DNA of 64,000 bases from Octopus bimaculoides (GCF_001194135.2 NC_068992.1:64430918-64494917), one strand, 5' to 3'; shown: positions 37,606 through 52,532, counted from the stretch's first letter. Notes: a model not told the origin generated them from the sequence alone. Made by a program: numbers and translations.

Positions 37606-38670
37606 GTACATACGTACAATCATGTTTTCTAGCGTGTGCTGTACGTTTGTATGCATGCACACATAAATGCATATATGTATATATATATATGTGTGTGTGT
37701 ATACATAGGTGTGCCTGTGAGTGCGTCTATGTATGTATTCTTAAATTCATGAATGAACTCGTATATAGACGCACACGCACACGCACTCGCACACAGACGC
37801 ACACGCACATCTTGATATGCGCATATTTACATGTATATTGCGTAAACAAATTTACATTCGTATATGGATGTATATGCACATATTTCAGATGAGCAAGCAC
37901 ATACACACCATACATACATACATACATCCATCCATACATACATACATACGTACGTACGTACATGCATATCAAAAAGGTTATTAGGAAATCACAGCGTTCA
38001 AGTTTGTACAAAGAGGCGAGCGAGGTTTTATCTAGATGCAGGGAGTCAGATAAAACATATTGGAGACAGCTGTGGAAATTTAAACTCTCGTACCTCCTCA
38101 TACTGCCTATCTCTCTCTCCTCTCTCTCTCTCTCAGTATATATATATATATATATATATACCCCAGGCCTTACAACACTTACTTTCTACTGGAATATGTA
38201 ATACATATTTATTCGGGCCTATAAACTACTAGATACTATATCTCTATGTACATATACGCCTGAATTATATGTCAACCTACATATATGCAGTAAACACATG
38301 TATACATACACCCTCCAGCCAAAATACACACACACACAAAACAGGAAAAGGGGTTGAAAGAACCAAACAGAACTTACAGTAAGCTCTCCTCCGGGTGTAT
38401 GGCTATCAAGCAGACAGAATTTCAGTATATGCATACATAGATATATGTACTTATATACATATATATATACGTACTACGTAGATGATAATGCGCGCATACA
38501 TATAGGAGTTGGACACAATAATGGACGCAACACTTTTAATATAACTATCTGTCTTTTTTGTTGGCATTATGACAAATTCAATGTGTGTGTTCATATGCAT
38601 TATGCTTGCTTTTATGATGCAACTCTCTGTTTTTCTATTTCTTTTTTCATTTTTCTTTTGCAGATATTCA

Positions 38671-39010
38671 TCTATTATAATAAAAGCGAAATTTTGTCTG
38701 TTCGTCCGGGACTCTTGTATCTCAGTCTACATTTGCTCTACATAGAAACATACCTTTTTGGAATCAGAATGATCCTAGGATTGAATATCTTCCCTTCATT
38801 CGGTTCTTGAGCATCCAGCATTGGGATCTGATTTTAAACACTTAGGTTGCTATTTGTAGCAGGTGAAGCTTGGCTGATTCACGCCATCTTGGTTGGCGTT
38901 TGTTATATGACACCAGAGATCAAGGGGGAGATAAATGAAATTCGCTTCGTTAATTTTACGTCGGGATAAGAACTCTGAGAGAAATTGGCCAACGGTTGGG
39001 ATTCAACTAG
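38671..39010 (+). mobile_element. Possible non-autonomous Helitron
   Basis: A|TCTATTATAATAAAAGCGAAATTTTGTCTGTTCGTCCG resembles Helitron 5' ends. A weak hairpin (ccaacggttgg) precedes CTAG at 39007-10, but the next base is G rather than T. Confidence 0.35.
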
Positions 39011-39329
39011 GGACTGAAACAATAGAATGGTTGCATTATAGAATTGATTGTCATCCGTCCTTAACCTCTGATCAAACACCACCGGGGCATACAGTCACCA
39101 TAAACGTATTATAGTCATACTATTTAGCTCTCTTTAGTTTGGGGCCGCATTCCAAAAGTAAAGTAAAACCAGCACAGGAAAGCATTATTCTGGACGGAAG
39201 GGATCGCAGAATAGTGAGACGTGTTATATCAAAAACCATCCAATTACGGCAGTAAAAGTGAATTCCACGGGAAGGGTGTGATGTCTAGACTGTCAGAAGT
39301 GGTCAATGGCTCGCTCAATGGCTCAATGT

Positions 39330-39590
39330 CATTTGGGCAAGTGTCTTCTAGTATAGCCTAAGGCCGACCAAAGCCTTGCGAGTGGATTTGGTAGAGGGAA
39401 ACTGAAAGAAGCCCGTCGTATGAGTGTGTGTGTTTGTGTTTGTCCACCAACTCCATTTGACAACCGGTGTCGGTTAGTCAACGTCTCCGTAACTTAGCGT
39501 TTGGCAAAAGAATCAATAGAACGAGTACCGCAGTCATTATGCTGCGGTGCCCCAGCATGGCCGCAGAATAATGAATGAAACAAATAAAAG
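39330..39590 (+). mobile_element. SINE family C copy (further copies or fragments ~43710-43810, 46460-46660, 47862-47990, 57281-57550, 58960-59030)
   Basis: ttgggcaagtgtcttctagtatagcc...gccgaccaaagccttgcgagtggatttggtag...gaaagaagcccgtcgta. Confidence 0.8.
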
Positions 39591-39636
<46 letters not shown>

Positions 39637-40125
39637 CACTAGGGACACACACGTACGTTAGTAGAAACACCCATTTTTATAACCTATCCGGCTATTTTTT
39701 CCTGTTATTATTCAACAGCAGATTTTTCAACACGCTGTGCGACGACATAAGACCTCATCGGTGGGTCACAGAAGCTACAACCCAGGATGGGTTGTGCTCA
39801 TTTCAAATCAAACAGGCTACATCCTGCGTAAACACTCGCATGACAACAACAACAACAGCAGTAGCAGCAACGACAAAACACTTGCCGAATTACAGGTTTA
39901 CAGTGGCGCCATCACAACAGTGATGACGAAAATCGTCATCTTATGATTCAGTCCAAAGAAATATTCTTCTGTCCTGGCTGCTACTGTCATCGTCTTCTGT
40001 TGTAATTGCATTCACGTCTATTAAATATTGCCTTCAAATTTTGGCTCAAGGCCTCTTTTCTTTTACTTCCTCTACCCTCTTCTTTCACCCATTTGCTCTG
40101 GTTCTCTTCTATTCATTCTCTAGAC

Positions 40126-40386
40126 CAGTGGTTCTCAACCACAGTCCATATGGCCCTTGGAGGTTCATATGGCCCTTAGGGGTCCATATAAGATTTTGTT
40201 TGTTTAAATTTATGTGCAACAAAACTAGTTATACTTCTACAATGCAAAAAAATATTTCAACAATTTTTTCATACAGTTCCTAATAATATTTAATTATAAA
40301 AAGTTATGAGCCCACTGCTCCACCCACCACCAGTAAAACAGGAATCAAAGGGGCCTATAGGAAAACAAAATGGTTGAGAATCACTG
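40126..40386. mobile_element. hAT (Charlie/MER5-like) MITE, 261 bp
   Basis: TIRs CAGTGGTTCTCAACC / GGTTGAGAATCACTG; 8-bp TSD ctctagac / ctttagat. Confidence 0.85.
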
Positions 40387-40805
40387 CTTTAGATCACAAC
40401 ATAGAATAGAGGAGACTACCTAGGTTTACAAGGAACCAGGGATCATTAGTAGGACTGTTACCATGATGAAATGCACCCACTGCATTCTGTAAAGCGGTTG
40501 CGAAACAAACAGTGACAATGTATGGTGGAAAAGACTCTTTGGTCTAACAGAAGACATGAGAGCCCTTCTAGTGTCGGTGCCAAGATGAACTATATCCAGT
40601 AGATTTTGTAACATGGTTGGCATCAGAAAGTGGCATCCAGTTGTAGAAACCACGCAAAAATTAAAATTGGTTACCGACTCATCTAGGAGGGCAATAACCG
40701 CAGATGATCATGAACTGTGATAACCGTCCAGTCAACACCAGCATGGAAAGCAGGCGTAAAATTATGAAGATAACATACACAAACGCTAAGGACAAGCACA
40801 CGGTC

Positions 40806-40859
<54 letters not shown>

Positions 40860-43800
40860 ATTCGTCATTAGCGATGGAAGCAGTTTTAGTTCAAATAGCA
40901 TTTTGTATATCTTACTTAATATGAATATTCTATATAAACTCTCAAAACTGCTGTATTCGTCACGAGAAAGCTTCTCGTATGGACGTATAGTGTTAAAAAA
41001 CGCATAAGTAATATCGTAACAAACAAAAAGCGTTAAGCAGCGGCGGTGGAATTGTTAAATCCAGATTTCCGCTCCTTTGAGCGTCACATGCAAAGACAAA
41101 TTTACCTTCTACTGACATAGAAGAAAGTGATTAACAAATCACTGATGTCGTAAATAGCCGGCAGGCTGTGTATAAATTTGTTGCACAGACATACAATCAT
41201 AAAAACATATAAACACACATACATGCACACACACACACACACACACTATGTATGTATGTGTGTGTGTGTGTGTGTAAGTGTTTAAACTATTTCTCAAGGG
41301 AAAATAAACCAAGAGAATTATTCAACCTCGTATAAAATGTTTAATAAGTGGAAACAAAATCAGTAATCCTTTACTAAGCTTTCAAAACTTGATATCACAT
41401 TTTAATGACATCATATGTAAGGTTATCCGAAAGTTTTCATGCATAATGCTAGTCAATATCGCCTGACGATGATAGATCAGTCTACCAGACTTTCTTCACG
41501 AACAAATCACAAATTGCCCTTCTTAAGAAACCTCTCAGGCTTAATAATGTTATTATCTTATCATGTGTTTTGGGGATTTGTATTAATCGGACAAGTGTCT
41601 TCTACCGTAGTCTCGAGTCGACCAAGGTCTTTTCAGTGAAATTTGGTTGACGGAGGAAGCTTGGTCCTGTAGTTTGAGTGAATAAAAACTGCGCTCAAAT
41701 AGCTCTCAAATAATACCTTAACGTCTTACAAAAGGTAGGACGTATTAAACGTTCATCTTTGTGCCATCAGGCAGACGAATGACCCCCTACTGACACCCTT
41801 AACTCTTTTACTGCAGGAATCACGTGTATCCATTCAGAATTCCATTACCCTTAGTGGTGGAAAACAGTTTTATTTACCAATTTCTCTTTTGCCGAGGAAT
41901 GGCATGTTTGAAACTATTTCTTGTTGGAATATGTCAAGTTTGTTGAGGGAATGTGACTTGCAGAAAATACCATTTCTATTTTTTTTCTTTGGTAGATATT
42001 TTACTTAATTACAGGAATAACAATGAAATTTAATTTTGTAGTCGAACGGCTAACTAGCACTTTGTGTACCCCATGGAGTTTTCGTGGGAGAATATAAAAG
42101 TAGTTTCCTCTTGCCTTACTTCCGGTGTTTTTACAAATTGCCTTTCCTAAGAAGGCTCTCAGGCTTACTACTCACCAAATGCTGGCGGATTCGTCAGCAT
42201 CCGTCTGAGCACTCACAGAATAAAGATGCAGAGCAAATACTGAAGTGCTCTTGCAATTCTGCCAAATCACTGCACTGGGGTAATATTTTAATTGATCGAT
42301 CACGTAAAGCTGAAAAGTGAAGTTGCCTTCATACACACACACACACACGTTGTAAGAGAAGTGGGTAAGAGAAGTGGGTATGTGCACTGTATTACTTTTG
42401 CTGATAATCTTGAGATGATCGCTGGTATTTCCATTTAATATTACATGGACTTTTATAATCTTTTAATATGTAAAGTCCAACGTGTTGATTGATGTAATAA
42501 TTCCTTCAGTTATCGAAACGATCGTAACGGGTTAATTAATATAATACCGNNNNNNNNNNNNNNNNNNNNNNNNNNNNNNNNNNNNNNNNNNNNNNNNNNN
42601 NNNNNNNNNNNNNNNNNNNNNNNNNNNNNNNNNNNNNNNNNNNNNNNNNNNNNNNNNNNNNNNNNNNNNNNNNNNNNNNNNNNNNNNNNNNNNNNNNNNN
42701 NNNNNNNNNNNNNNNNNNNNNNNNNNNNNNNNNNNNNNNNNNNNNNNNNNNNNNNNNNNNNNNNNNNNNNNNNNNNNNNNNNNNNNNNNNNNNNNNNNNN
42801 NNNNNNNNNNNNNNNNNNNNNNNNNNNNNNNNNNNNNNNNNNNNNNNNNNNNNNNNNNNNNNNNNNNNNNNNNNNNNNNNNNNNNNNNNNNNNNNNNNNN
42901 NNNNNNNNNNNNNNNNNNNNNNNNNNNNNNNNNNNNNNNNNNNNNNNNNNNNNNNNNNNNNNNNNNNNNNNNNNNNNNNNNNNNNNNNNNNNNNNNNNNN
43001 NNNNNNNNNNNNNNNNNNNNNNNNNNNNNNNNNNNNNNNNNNNNNNNNNNNNNNNNNNNNNNNNNNNNNNNNNNNNNNNNNNNNNNNNNNNNNNNNNNNN
43101 NNNNNNNNNNNNNNNNNNNNNNNNNNNNNNNNNNNNNNNNNNNNNNNNNNNNNNNNNNNNNNNNNNNNNNNNNNNNNNNNNNNNNNNNNNNNNNNNNNNN
43201 NNNNNNNNNNNNNNNNNNNNNNTTCGGTATCTCTTCTCGTTCGGCTTAACGGCCTTCAACGTTGTTTTCACTGTTTAATTTTTCCTGTCTTGGTTTTTGT
43301 TTGCTACTTTGGAATCCTCTGCTTAGTAGGTTAATCCACTTCGCGGGAAGAGCTATTCTAAGAGTGCATTCTGCCTCATCTTCGAAACGCCTTGTTTAGA
43401 ATAGAGGCAGCTGATGAAGGAAAAGTTCCATAAGTGGCTCGTCTGTTTTCCTATGTATTCATTCTGTTTTTCCCCCCTTTCTTTCTAAATTAAACTTCTC
43501 TTTACTGAAACTGCAAGGAATTGCAGTAGCATTCTTCCTTTTCACGGAACTGCCACATTAAGTTGGCAACATACCATCGCTTTATCGTGCTGTTACTGTA
43601 TAAATTTCTCTGAGAAAGTAATTTCTATCTACTGATATATTTAGTGACCAGAATGGTTGAATGGATAAGAACGTTTTTTCCACAATCACCGCGCTTCAGT
43701 TTCGATCCCACTTCATGGAATTTTGGACAAACGTCTTTTACCATAGCCTCAAGTCTACCTAAGCCTTGTGTGTGAAACAGGGTAGAGGGAAACAATATAG

Positions 43801-44170
43801 AAACCCGTCAAGGGATAGTACTTGCAATTTAAAAGTTCCAACCTTGTCACACACTAAGATGATTCTACTTGAGAATTACGCTAAGGGTACATATGGAATA
43901 CTCAGCCACTTACACATTAATTCAATGAGCTGACAATTTAGTTGATCGAGCAATTGAAGAGTCATGTTGGAAATTGGTGGAGCTCCACCGATATCAATAC
44001 GTAGAGAGAGAAATTATTAGGAAGAGCAAATAGTATTAGAAAATAATATTAGAAAAAGTAAAGATATTCATTTCGAATACTGGCGCAAGGTTGCACGTTG
44101 TTGGTATGTGAGAATTATTGGTTGAATCGCCTCCTTCGGTATATGACTGGTGCCTAATCTAATCTTGATA

Positions 44171-44368
44171 CCGTATTTTCTGGCCTACATGTATATAATG
44201 TAAACCTGTAATATAAGCATTCAAACATCGTCGCTAAATTTCCAAATCCCGTTGCCTTTCAAGTGGAATTTTTGGTCCTCTAAAGTCGTTTTGGTGTATT
44301 AGTCAACCTGCCATTTTTGGCTGCAAATTTTGGTCTGGAAAATTCGACCTATATACCGGAAAATACGG
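44171..44368. mobile_element. pogo/Tc2-type MITE, 198 bp
   Basis: TA|CCGTATTTTCTGG ... CCGGAAAATACGG|TA terminal inverted repeats with TA flanks. Confidence 0.75.
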
Positions 44369-45210
44369 TAGAAAAGATGAAAAGTAAAGATGAAAGGTAA
44401 ACGCAACGAGATTTTAAATTAGAACTGAAAAGCATGCGGCTAAATATCACAACGTTTTTTGTTACTTTTGTTTCCGGTGCTCAGCCAGTTCTGCTATTTA
44501 GAGTAGGCCTCTGCCTCAGTTTGAACCAGGACTAGAATTTTTCTTTTTGTTCCTCCAATTGGGGAAATTTTCATAATCAGAAACCGGATCTTTTTAATTA
44601 TGTGATGACGTCATGTAAGAAACTAACCAATGACAAGCGACAACGATGTATCAAATGATTGAATAAGGTCTGCGAAAATACCAACGAAATGAAAGCTGTT
44701 GATTGCTAAATCAATCAGGTTTTGATTAAGCTATACCGTGTCAATTCATTCATAATATATTTTGGAGAAGATTCTAACGTATCTGATTGTGTTTGCTTTC
44801 CCCACCGAAGAACGCCTCTTCTACCTAGGCAATGTGAGTTCATAATACACGTGATTCACCGAAAACTTACTTTACAAGAGGACAGTGAAAAGTCAGAAGA
44901 TTAGTGACGTGAGAAGCGAAGCGTGACGGCAATCTCCAAATTTACGACTGTCAAAATACTGAACTGTAAAATTTATTGTCAGCATTAACACTTGTACAGC
45001 CACCACATTCACTGGAATATTATGAATAGAATTTTCCGACGTTACACTGTAGTATTTTCCTTTCGGTCGTCACGTCTTATATAAAGATTTTAACAAAAAA
45101 AAAACAAACGACTGCTTCTCATTCAGCTAACTTTTCAATTAATTCCATTCATCTTATTGTTAAACATTCAAACGGTGTGTAAATTGTATATGAGAAAGTG
45201 TTTTACTCAC

Positions 45211-46254
45211 CGTTGTGGATGGTGATAGTATTTGTGTACATTCTATGGTTCGCATCTGGGTGCCAGGCCCACAGCTGGTGCTACACGAAGACCAGTTGCC
45301 AGTCTGCCATGATGGCTGGCAAGGCCCCGTGTTACATGTGACTTTTTGCTTCGTCGGCACAGTTGAATTGTTACAATTATCTGCTGTCACTGTAACTTGA
45401 CTTTTGATTTTGACACAGACTATCCGGGTTTCTTGGATGCCACCCCCACATGTCCTCGAGCATTCAGTAAATCCAGCAATTTTCCATTCATAAAATTCTA
45501 CTGTATTAGAATTTTCGTTTATCAAATGAGTTCTTTTTTCTGGAACAGTGCTATGCTGTAAATTAATTTTCTGACTATTTTCAACAAACCTTGGGTGCTG
45601 TTTCACACTCAAATCTCTGTTTCCCGGAAGAAAAGGTTTATTTTTATAGTCGTGTCTTGGCGGGATTCTCGGAAAATGCTGTTTGTTAATCCTGGGATTA
45701 TAGATGTGTCGATTGTCTATTCGGTTCGGAATTATCCTGGGGTAATGTCTATAATTAATTCTATTGTAATCAACGGGATTTCTCGAAGGGATAATCACTG
45801 GATGACGTAATCCTCGGTTCCAATTGTTGTATAACTGTGTTTTAGTTCTGTTCTCCCCTGATGTTAGTCTTGTCTGGATGTTGGGAGGAACGATGGGAAG
45901 TACCCCTGGTAGATAATGTCTGTATGGTCGGGTATTATACGGAGAAGGGCGATGGTAAGGCAACCTTGGTCTCCTGTAGTAGGTCGCATGACTAATGTTA
46001 TTATGTACAGGTAAATGATTTTTAGGAGGAGCGTAGCCCCGATGTTGATATTTGCCGACGTTTTTCCAAGCGTATTGTTGCGAGCCATACGGAGGGTAGC
46101 GTCTTCTCAGTTCACTGTTGTGTAGATACCGCTGTTGATTTTGTGGTGTGTCATATATACTAGGTTGCGTATGATTGTGATGGCTGGAAGACTTGTTCTG
46201 TTTCGGTTCGTAAAACTCAAACGTAATGCCAGGATTGTTGTTAACGTACACAAT
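45211..46254 (-). CDS. THSD4: THSD4-like large exon: spacer end, ~237-aa low-complexity linker, one TSP1 repeat and start of the next
   Basis: ORF 45160-46284; NPGITFEFY spacer end; WKIAGFTECSRTCGGG and WQTGNWSSCSTSCGPG TSP1 motifs. ctttgcag| and acg|gtgagt, 1044 nt, phase 0-0. Confidence 0.95.
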
Positions 46255-47444
46255 CTGCAAAGATAAGGTGACAAAGAACAACATGACATAAATACTTCGA
46301 CATATATTTCTGGATTACAAGAAATTATAAAGACTTTACAAAAACGGAATATTTCTAACTTAGGCCTGAGGTAATGCTTTCTAATTTTTTATTGTTGGCG
46401 TAATTTTGTGCCATTAAAAACGAGATGACGCACCATAGATCTTTCATCTTTTTATTGTTTAGCTTTTACTTGTTTTAGTCATTAGACTGCAACCATGCTG
46501 GAGCACCGCCTTGAGGAAGTTTTAGTCGAAGGAATCGACCCCAGGTTTTATATTTAAGCATAGTACTTATTCTAACGGTTTCTTTGCTGAACCGCTAAAT
46601 TACGGGGACGCAAACAAATCAACGCTGGTTGTCGAGCGGTGGTCGGGGACAAACAAAAAGACACGCGCGCGCGCACACACGCTCACACTCACATAAACTC
46701 AACGGANNNNNNNNNNNNNNNNNNNNNNNNNNNNNNNNNNNNNNNNNNNNNNNNNNNNNNNNNNNNNNNNNNNNNNNNNNNNNNNNNNNNNNNNNNNNNN
46801 NNNNNNNNNNNNNNNNNNNNNNNNNNNNNNNNNNNNNNNNNNNNNNNNNNNNNNNNNNNNNNNNNNNNNNNNNNNNNNNNNNNNNNNNNNNNNNNNNNNN
46901 NNNNNNNNNNNNNNNNNNNNNNNNNNNNNNNNNNNNNNNNNNNNNNNNNNNNNNNNNNNNNNNNNNNNNNNNNNNNNNNNNNNNNNNNNNNNNNNNNNNN
47001 NNNNNNNNNNNNNNNNNNNNNNNNNNNNNNNNNNNNNNNNNNNNNNNNNNNNNNNNNNNNNNNNNNNNNNNNNNNNNNNNNNNNNNNNNNNNNNNNNNNN
47101 NNNNNNNNNNNNNNNNNNNNNNNNNNNNNNNNNNNNNNNNNNNNNNNNNNNNNNNNNNNNNNNNNNNNNNNNNNNNNNNNNNNNNNNNNNNNNNNNNNNN
47201 NNNNNNNNNNNNNNNNNNNNNNNNNNNNNNNNNNNNNNNNNNNNNNNNNNNNNNNNNNNNNNNNNNNNNNNNNNNNNNNNNNNNNNNNNNNNNNNNNNNN
47301 NNNNNNNNNNNNNNNNNNNNNNNNNNNNNNNNNNNNNNNNNNNNNNNNNNNNNNNNNNNNNNNNNNNNNNNNNNNNNNNNNNNNNNNNNNNNNNNNNNNN
47401 NNNNNNNNNNNNNNNNNNNNNNNNNNNNNNNNNNNNNNNNNNNA

Positions 47445-47560
47445 AGAGAGGAAATACGAGGGGGAAAAAGAGATACGTAGTAGTAACAGAGGAATAACGA
47501 GAGGGGTAAAGCGAGATACGTAGTAGTACAGAGGAAGAACGAGGGTGGGGGGAGGAAAGA
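47445..47560. repeat. ~46-bp purine-rich tandem unit (~2.5 copies) next to a ~740-N gap
   Basis: gagatacgtagtagta(a)cagagga occurs twice; the gap may hide more copies. Confidence 0.6.
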
Positions 47561-49653
47561 GAAAGAGATAGAGTAGCGTCGGAGGATATGAGTTTACGAA
47601 AACTACTTACATTTGGAAGACGCTGCGTTCAATCATGTAAAAACAAATAGTAAATGAGTATATGCATATATACGTACAGGTATGTGCATACCGACATCCA
47701 CCTGTATGTATAGGTGCATATCTGGGTACAGGACATTGCAAACAAACGTAGACGAGAACACACGAGCCACATAGAGAACATTCTCCTTCATCAGCCACCC
47801 ACGTTTTAACACCGGCGTTTCGACGAGCTTGGGCAGGACATACACACACACGCACATACATAGCTTCTGTGTACCAACTAGGACTTTAGTCGGCCCGAGG
47901 CCATAGTAGAAGATACTTGCCCAAAGTGCCACGCAGTAAGATTGAACCCAGAACTATGTAGTTGGAAAATAAACTTCTTACTACACAGCGATGTCATGCA
48001 AAGTCATATTTGTGAAATTTGGAATTCACTGGAGATGAGGTTACCAGGCACAATATATACACCAATATACACACGATATATTCACCGAAAATTATTCAGC
48101 ATTTAGTAAGCTTGTGTCAAGTGTATAATTCACAAGGACAGTCTTTAACAAGAACAGCTCTGAAGTAAAAAAAAAATCAGTAGCACCAAATTTAGGTACA
48201 AGTTAAACAAACTACTGCTTAGGATGTGACAATCCGCAGAGCCCTTTAGGTAATTCGAAAATATATACGTTCTCAATTTTTGTGAAAACTTCTAATGTAA
48301 TTTTCTTTTTATTAAGGGGGCTTCGAGCTTTTGAGATATTAGGGTTCCGCTAAATCTAAATCCATCACTGATTATCAGTCGTCGTTGTCGTCGCCGTAGA
48401 CTGTCCTGCAGCAGATGACGCAGGAAATTTCCACAATTTCTTGCGGGACAACCACACGAGTCATTTGTTTAAAATGACCAAACATGTGTATTGTAGGCGA
48501 TAATGCTTGAATAGGTGCGCAGTGTACTGTCGAAGTGACGTGAAATGAAATGTTTTGCTCGAGAACACAACATACCATCCGGTCTGGGACTGACTATCAG
48601 TAAATACTAATCAAATAGTAATCTATTATTTGTCACCAATTTATTTAAATCCTTAAAATATTTTTCTTAACTTTTTTCCTAAAACATTTCCTGTTTATTT
48701 TTTCCTTTTCCTCTGTCAACGCTTGTTAGTTCGCTGCAGAACCGTGGGATAAGTTAATGATGGGATCAAGAGATGATCTGATAACATGACCTATGCAAAC
48801 TCCCCTGGCAGTTGAGATCTATCCATATGAAACGATGTTCAATGTGAATGTCTGGAGACCGTTGTTCGCAAAATGAGGTAGTGAGTGAGGAAGGGACACA
48901 AGAATTGGTTCGTAAGCTTACAAAAGAGTGTACTTACAAAAAAGTTACCCAGAAATCAAACCAAACGGTGACATAAAGCATACATAGGCTACCTTCTTGA
49001 AGCGGGTCGCATGAGACGGATAATCATCAGGCGAGATTCGCTACTAAAAAAATTCAAGGTAATCTTTCGTTAAGTGTATCATTTAGAAAGTTCGTGGGCC
49101 GTCTATGACTGGTATAAATCAAATCAAATTGTTGGTGCCTCTATCTAAGAATGCTGTCATCTTTAACTTTTGGATAACTATTTGATCAGTTACTTTTTTG
49201 ATCTAGAAATATTCTGCAAAATCTGCAAGTTTTCTTTCATTCAGGATAAAACAAAAAAGAAAAATAGAAAAAGGAATAAAATTAAAATGAAGAATTCTCA
49301 ATATCCATGTGAGTAAAATTTCCTTTCATGATTATCTGACATCTTTTTGAGGACTCCAAGAATTCTTTATACACATCTTATAGCAACTGGCTTCAATTTC
49401 GAAACATAAATAAATATATTCTATTGTAGACATATCACTCTATGAGTCATTATATATCTCCAGAAACAACATTGAAATCTTGTTAAAACATCTCTTTTTC
49501 TCTTCTCTCAATGCTTACTGTCTAACTTTAATCTTCAACGACTTCCTGTCAACTGATTGTCCAAAAACCGCTTCCTGCTAATTCTTGTCGACACCTTCTT
49601 TGAGTGAATAAAGCATCGCCCAATCACTTTCTTCAAATTGCAATATATTTCCA

Positions 49654-49711
<58 letters not shown>

Positions 49712-49806
49712 GTTTCAAATTTTGGCGCAAGGCCAGTAATTTCGGGGGTGTGGGTAATAATGATAATAAAATAATAATAATAATAATAACAATGATGATG
49801 ATAATC

Positions 49807-50365
49807 CTTTCTACTATAGGCACAAGGCCTGAAATTTGGGGGAAGGGAGCAAATCCATTATATCNNNNNNNNNNNNNNNNNNNNNNNNNNNNNNNNNNNN
49901 NNNNNNNNNNNNNNNNNNNNNNNNNNNNNNNNNNNNNNNNNNNNNNNNNNNNNNNNNNNNNNNNNNNNNNNNNNNNNNNNNNNNNNNNNNNNNNNNNNNN
50001 NNNNNNNNNNNNNNNNNNNNNNNNNNNNNNNNNNNNNNNNNNNNNNNNNNNNNNNNNNNNNNNNNNNNNNNNNNNNNNNNNNNNNNNNNNNNNNNNNNNN
50101 NNNNNNNNNNNNNNNNNNNNNNNNNNNNNNNNNNNNNNNNNNNNNNNNNNNNNNNNNNNNNNNNNNNNNNNNNNNNNNNNNNNNNNNNNNNNNNNNNNNN
50201 NNNNNNNNNNNNNNNNNNNNNNNNNNNNNNNNNNNNNNNNNNNNNNNNNNNNNNNNNNNNNNNNNNNNNNNNNNNNNGAATTTGAACTCAGAACATAAAG
50301 ACAGACGAAATACCGCTAAGCATTCAGCCCGGCGTGCTAACGATTCTGCCAGCTCACCGCCTTAA
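49807..50365 (-). mobile_element. SINE family A copy or copies spanning an N gap
   Basis: Reverse-complement tail at 49807-49864 and head at 50278-50365; flanked by (AAT)n/(AAC)n. Confidence 0.8.
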
Positions 50366-50405
50366 CAACAAGAACAAGAACAAGAACAACAACAACAACA
50401 ACAAC

Positions 50406-50483
<78 letters not shown>

Positions 50484-51047
50484 TTGAAAAATAAACTGAT
50501 ACAAATAAATAAAGATATTCCTGTGGTCACTAGACTCAACTTCTGCTGAAATGAAGAAAATTACAGAAAGAATATTGTGGGTTAATAAATAAATAAATAA
50601 ATAATGGCCTAGAAGCAGTGAATTGCAGAGAAAACAAAATAAAGTGTATTTTATAGAAATAAGCAAACGTTGACTATTTTGCTCATGTTTTTATAATTTG
50701 ACTTTTTTGTTGATTCAGAAAACCAATTTAACAAACAAACAAAATAAATAAAATTAAAAAAAAAAAGCAACAGACAAAAATACTTCTTTTTGCTTTCTAT
50801 TTCAGGAAAGTTTTTAAGATTTCACTGTTTGAAGAAATTTATTATTTATTTTATACAAATGGGAGTGAATTAATTTTTAACATAATTCTTACTCCAGGGA
50901 CATATTCGTGTGTGTGTGTGTGAGTGTATACATATATATATAGGTGTGTGTTTGTATGTGCGTGTATTCATACATATATACATATATCTATCTATATATA
51001 TACATACTTAATATAAAGACATACATATATATGCATACATGTCTACG

Positions 51048-51099
<52 letters not shown>

Positions 51100-51160
51100 A
51101 GCACTCATACATATTCATTCANNNNNNNNNNTATTCATTCATACAAAGATACCTACATAC

Positions 51161-51201
<41 letters not shown>

Positions 51202-51997
51202 ATATTAAGGACATATACGACAATTAACAGGAAGGATAAGAAGCAGTTAAGGATAATTTCGTCATCAGGCAACTTTTTGTTCAGATTCATTACGATGTCG
51301 TCGTAATGAACCGGGATAAGAAGTCGCCAAGACAAAGAAAGAAATCACGTCTTACGATTGAAAACACACAGAGGACAGAGATACAAAAGCTTGATGCAAA
51401 AACACAAACTAAAAGATAAATTGTATTAATAAAGACTTGAGACTTTTGACTTAGACAGCGACAAACAACAGTGAAGATGCGAGTGCAGAAGGAAATTAGA
51501 AAAAAAGATTTCCGTCTAAATAGAACTTAGAAATGTTGGACGTATATGGTCAGTGTAAAGCTCGCGAGAAATAAAGAATGATAGAAAGAAATGGTAAGAT
51601 CAGTAAGGTGTGAAAGATTAATGCTTTTAATTTCTAACCATAGTTTAAAAAAAAAATAATGAGTTATCCTTGATGTTACGTGTATAAACAACCCTTTTCA
51701 AACGTTTTAGTAGATCAAAGATTAGTTAGATTGGAATATCGCTTCTGAGTGTGTGTGTGTGTGTGCGTGTGTGCGTGTGTGCGTGTGTGTATTGGTGAAA
51801 GAACTAGATGTCCGAACCTGTATTAGGACAATTACCCCAGTTGGTTAATTAACCCCTCTCCAATATATTAAGAAGTTTTAAATCGTCATCTATTGTCCTC
51901 AAGGATAATTGTCCATGGGTGGGTAAGTGTCCTAGACTCGTCCGAACCACCTCAGTCAATGCCAGTTTTACGTGGACTCATTGTTGCTGGTTTTGGA

Positions 51998-52047
<50 letters not shown>

Positions 52048-52532
52048 TGTGTGTGTATACTATTTCACTAGATAAGTGAAAGGATTTTCTGGAGACAATG
52101 GATGCTAAAGGCGTCCAGAGTTTTAATGTCAGCTGCTTGTCAACGATATCTCGCACTCATACAGGAGAGAAGGAGAGAGGACAGTGAAAACCCAGACTGC
52201 CCATCAGATGAGGACTGTGGTATGGAGGCTGAGATGGTTGCTTAGAAAGATTCGTTTCCTGATCTTTCAAAAAGATACGATTTGATTCATAATCTTCATA
52301 TCGAGGCTACGGTCGATGGAAATGAGACTGCCTATTTAGCATATGGACACACACACACTAACACACTAACACATACGTACACTACTACACACAGCATATA
52401 CACGTATTAATGCATGTACCCATTTGCACACACACACATTAGCACATATGTTCACTAGCCGATACATACCCTAGAGCGTAAACATTATATTGCATACAAT
52501 CGAGGTCTATCAGGCCATTTACCGCGCTAAAA

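Noticed and set aside
48375-48480. CpG-rich patch with a short ORF on -
   Set aside because: No domain similarity or paired splice sites; the flanking THSD4-like exons already join in frame without it.
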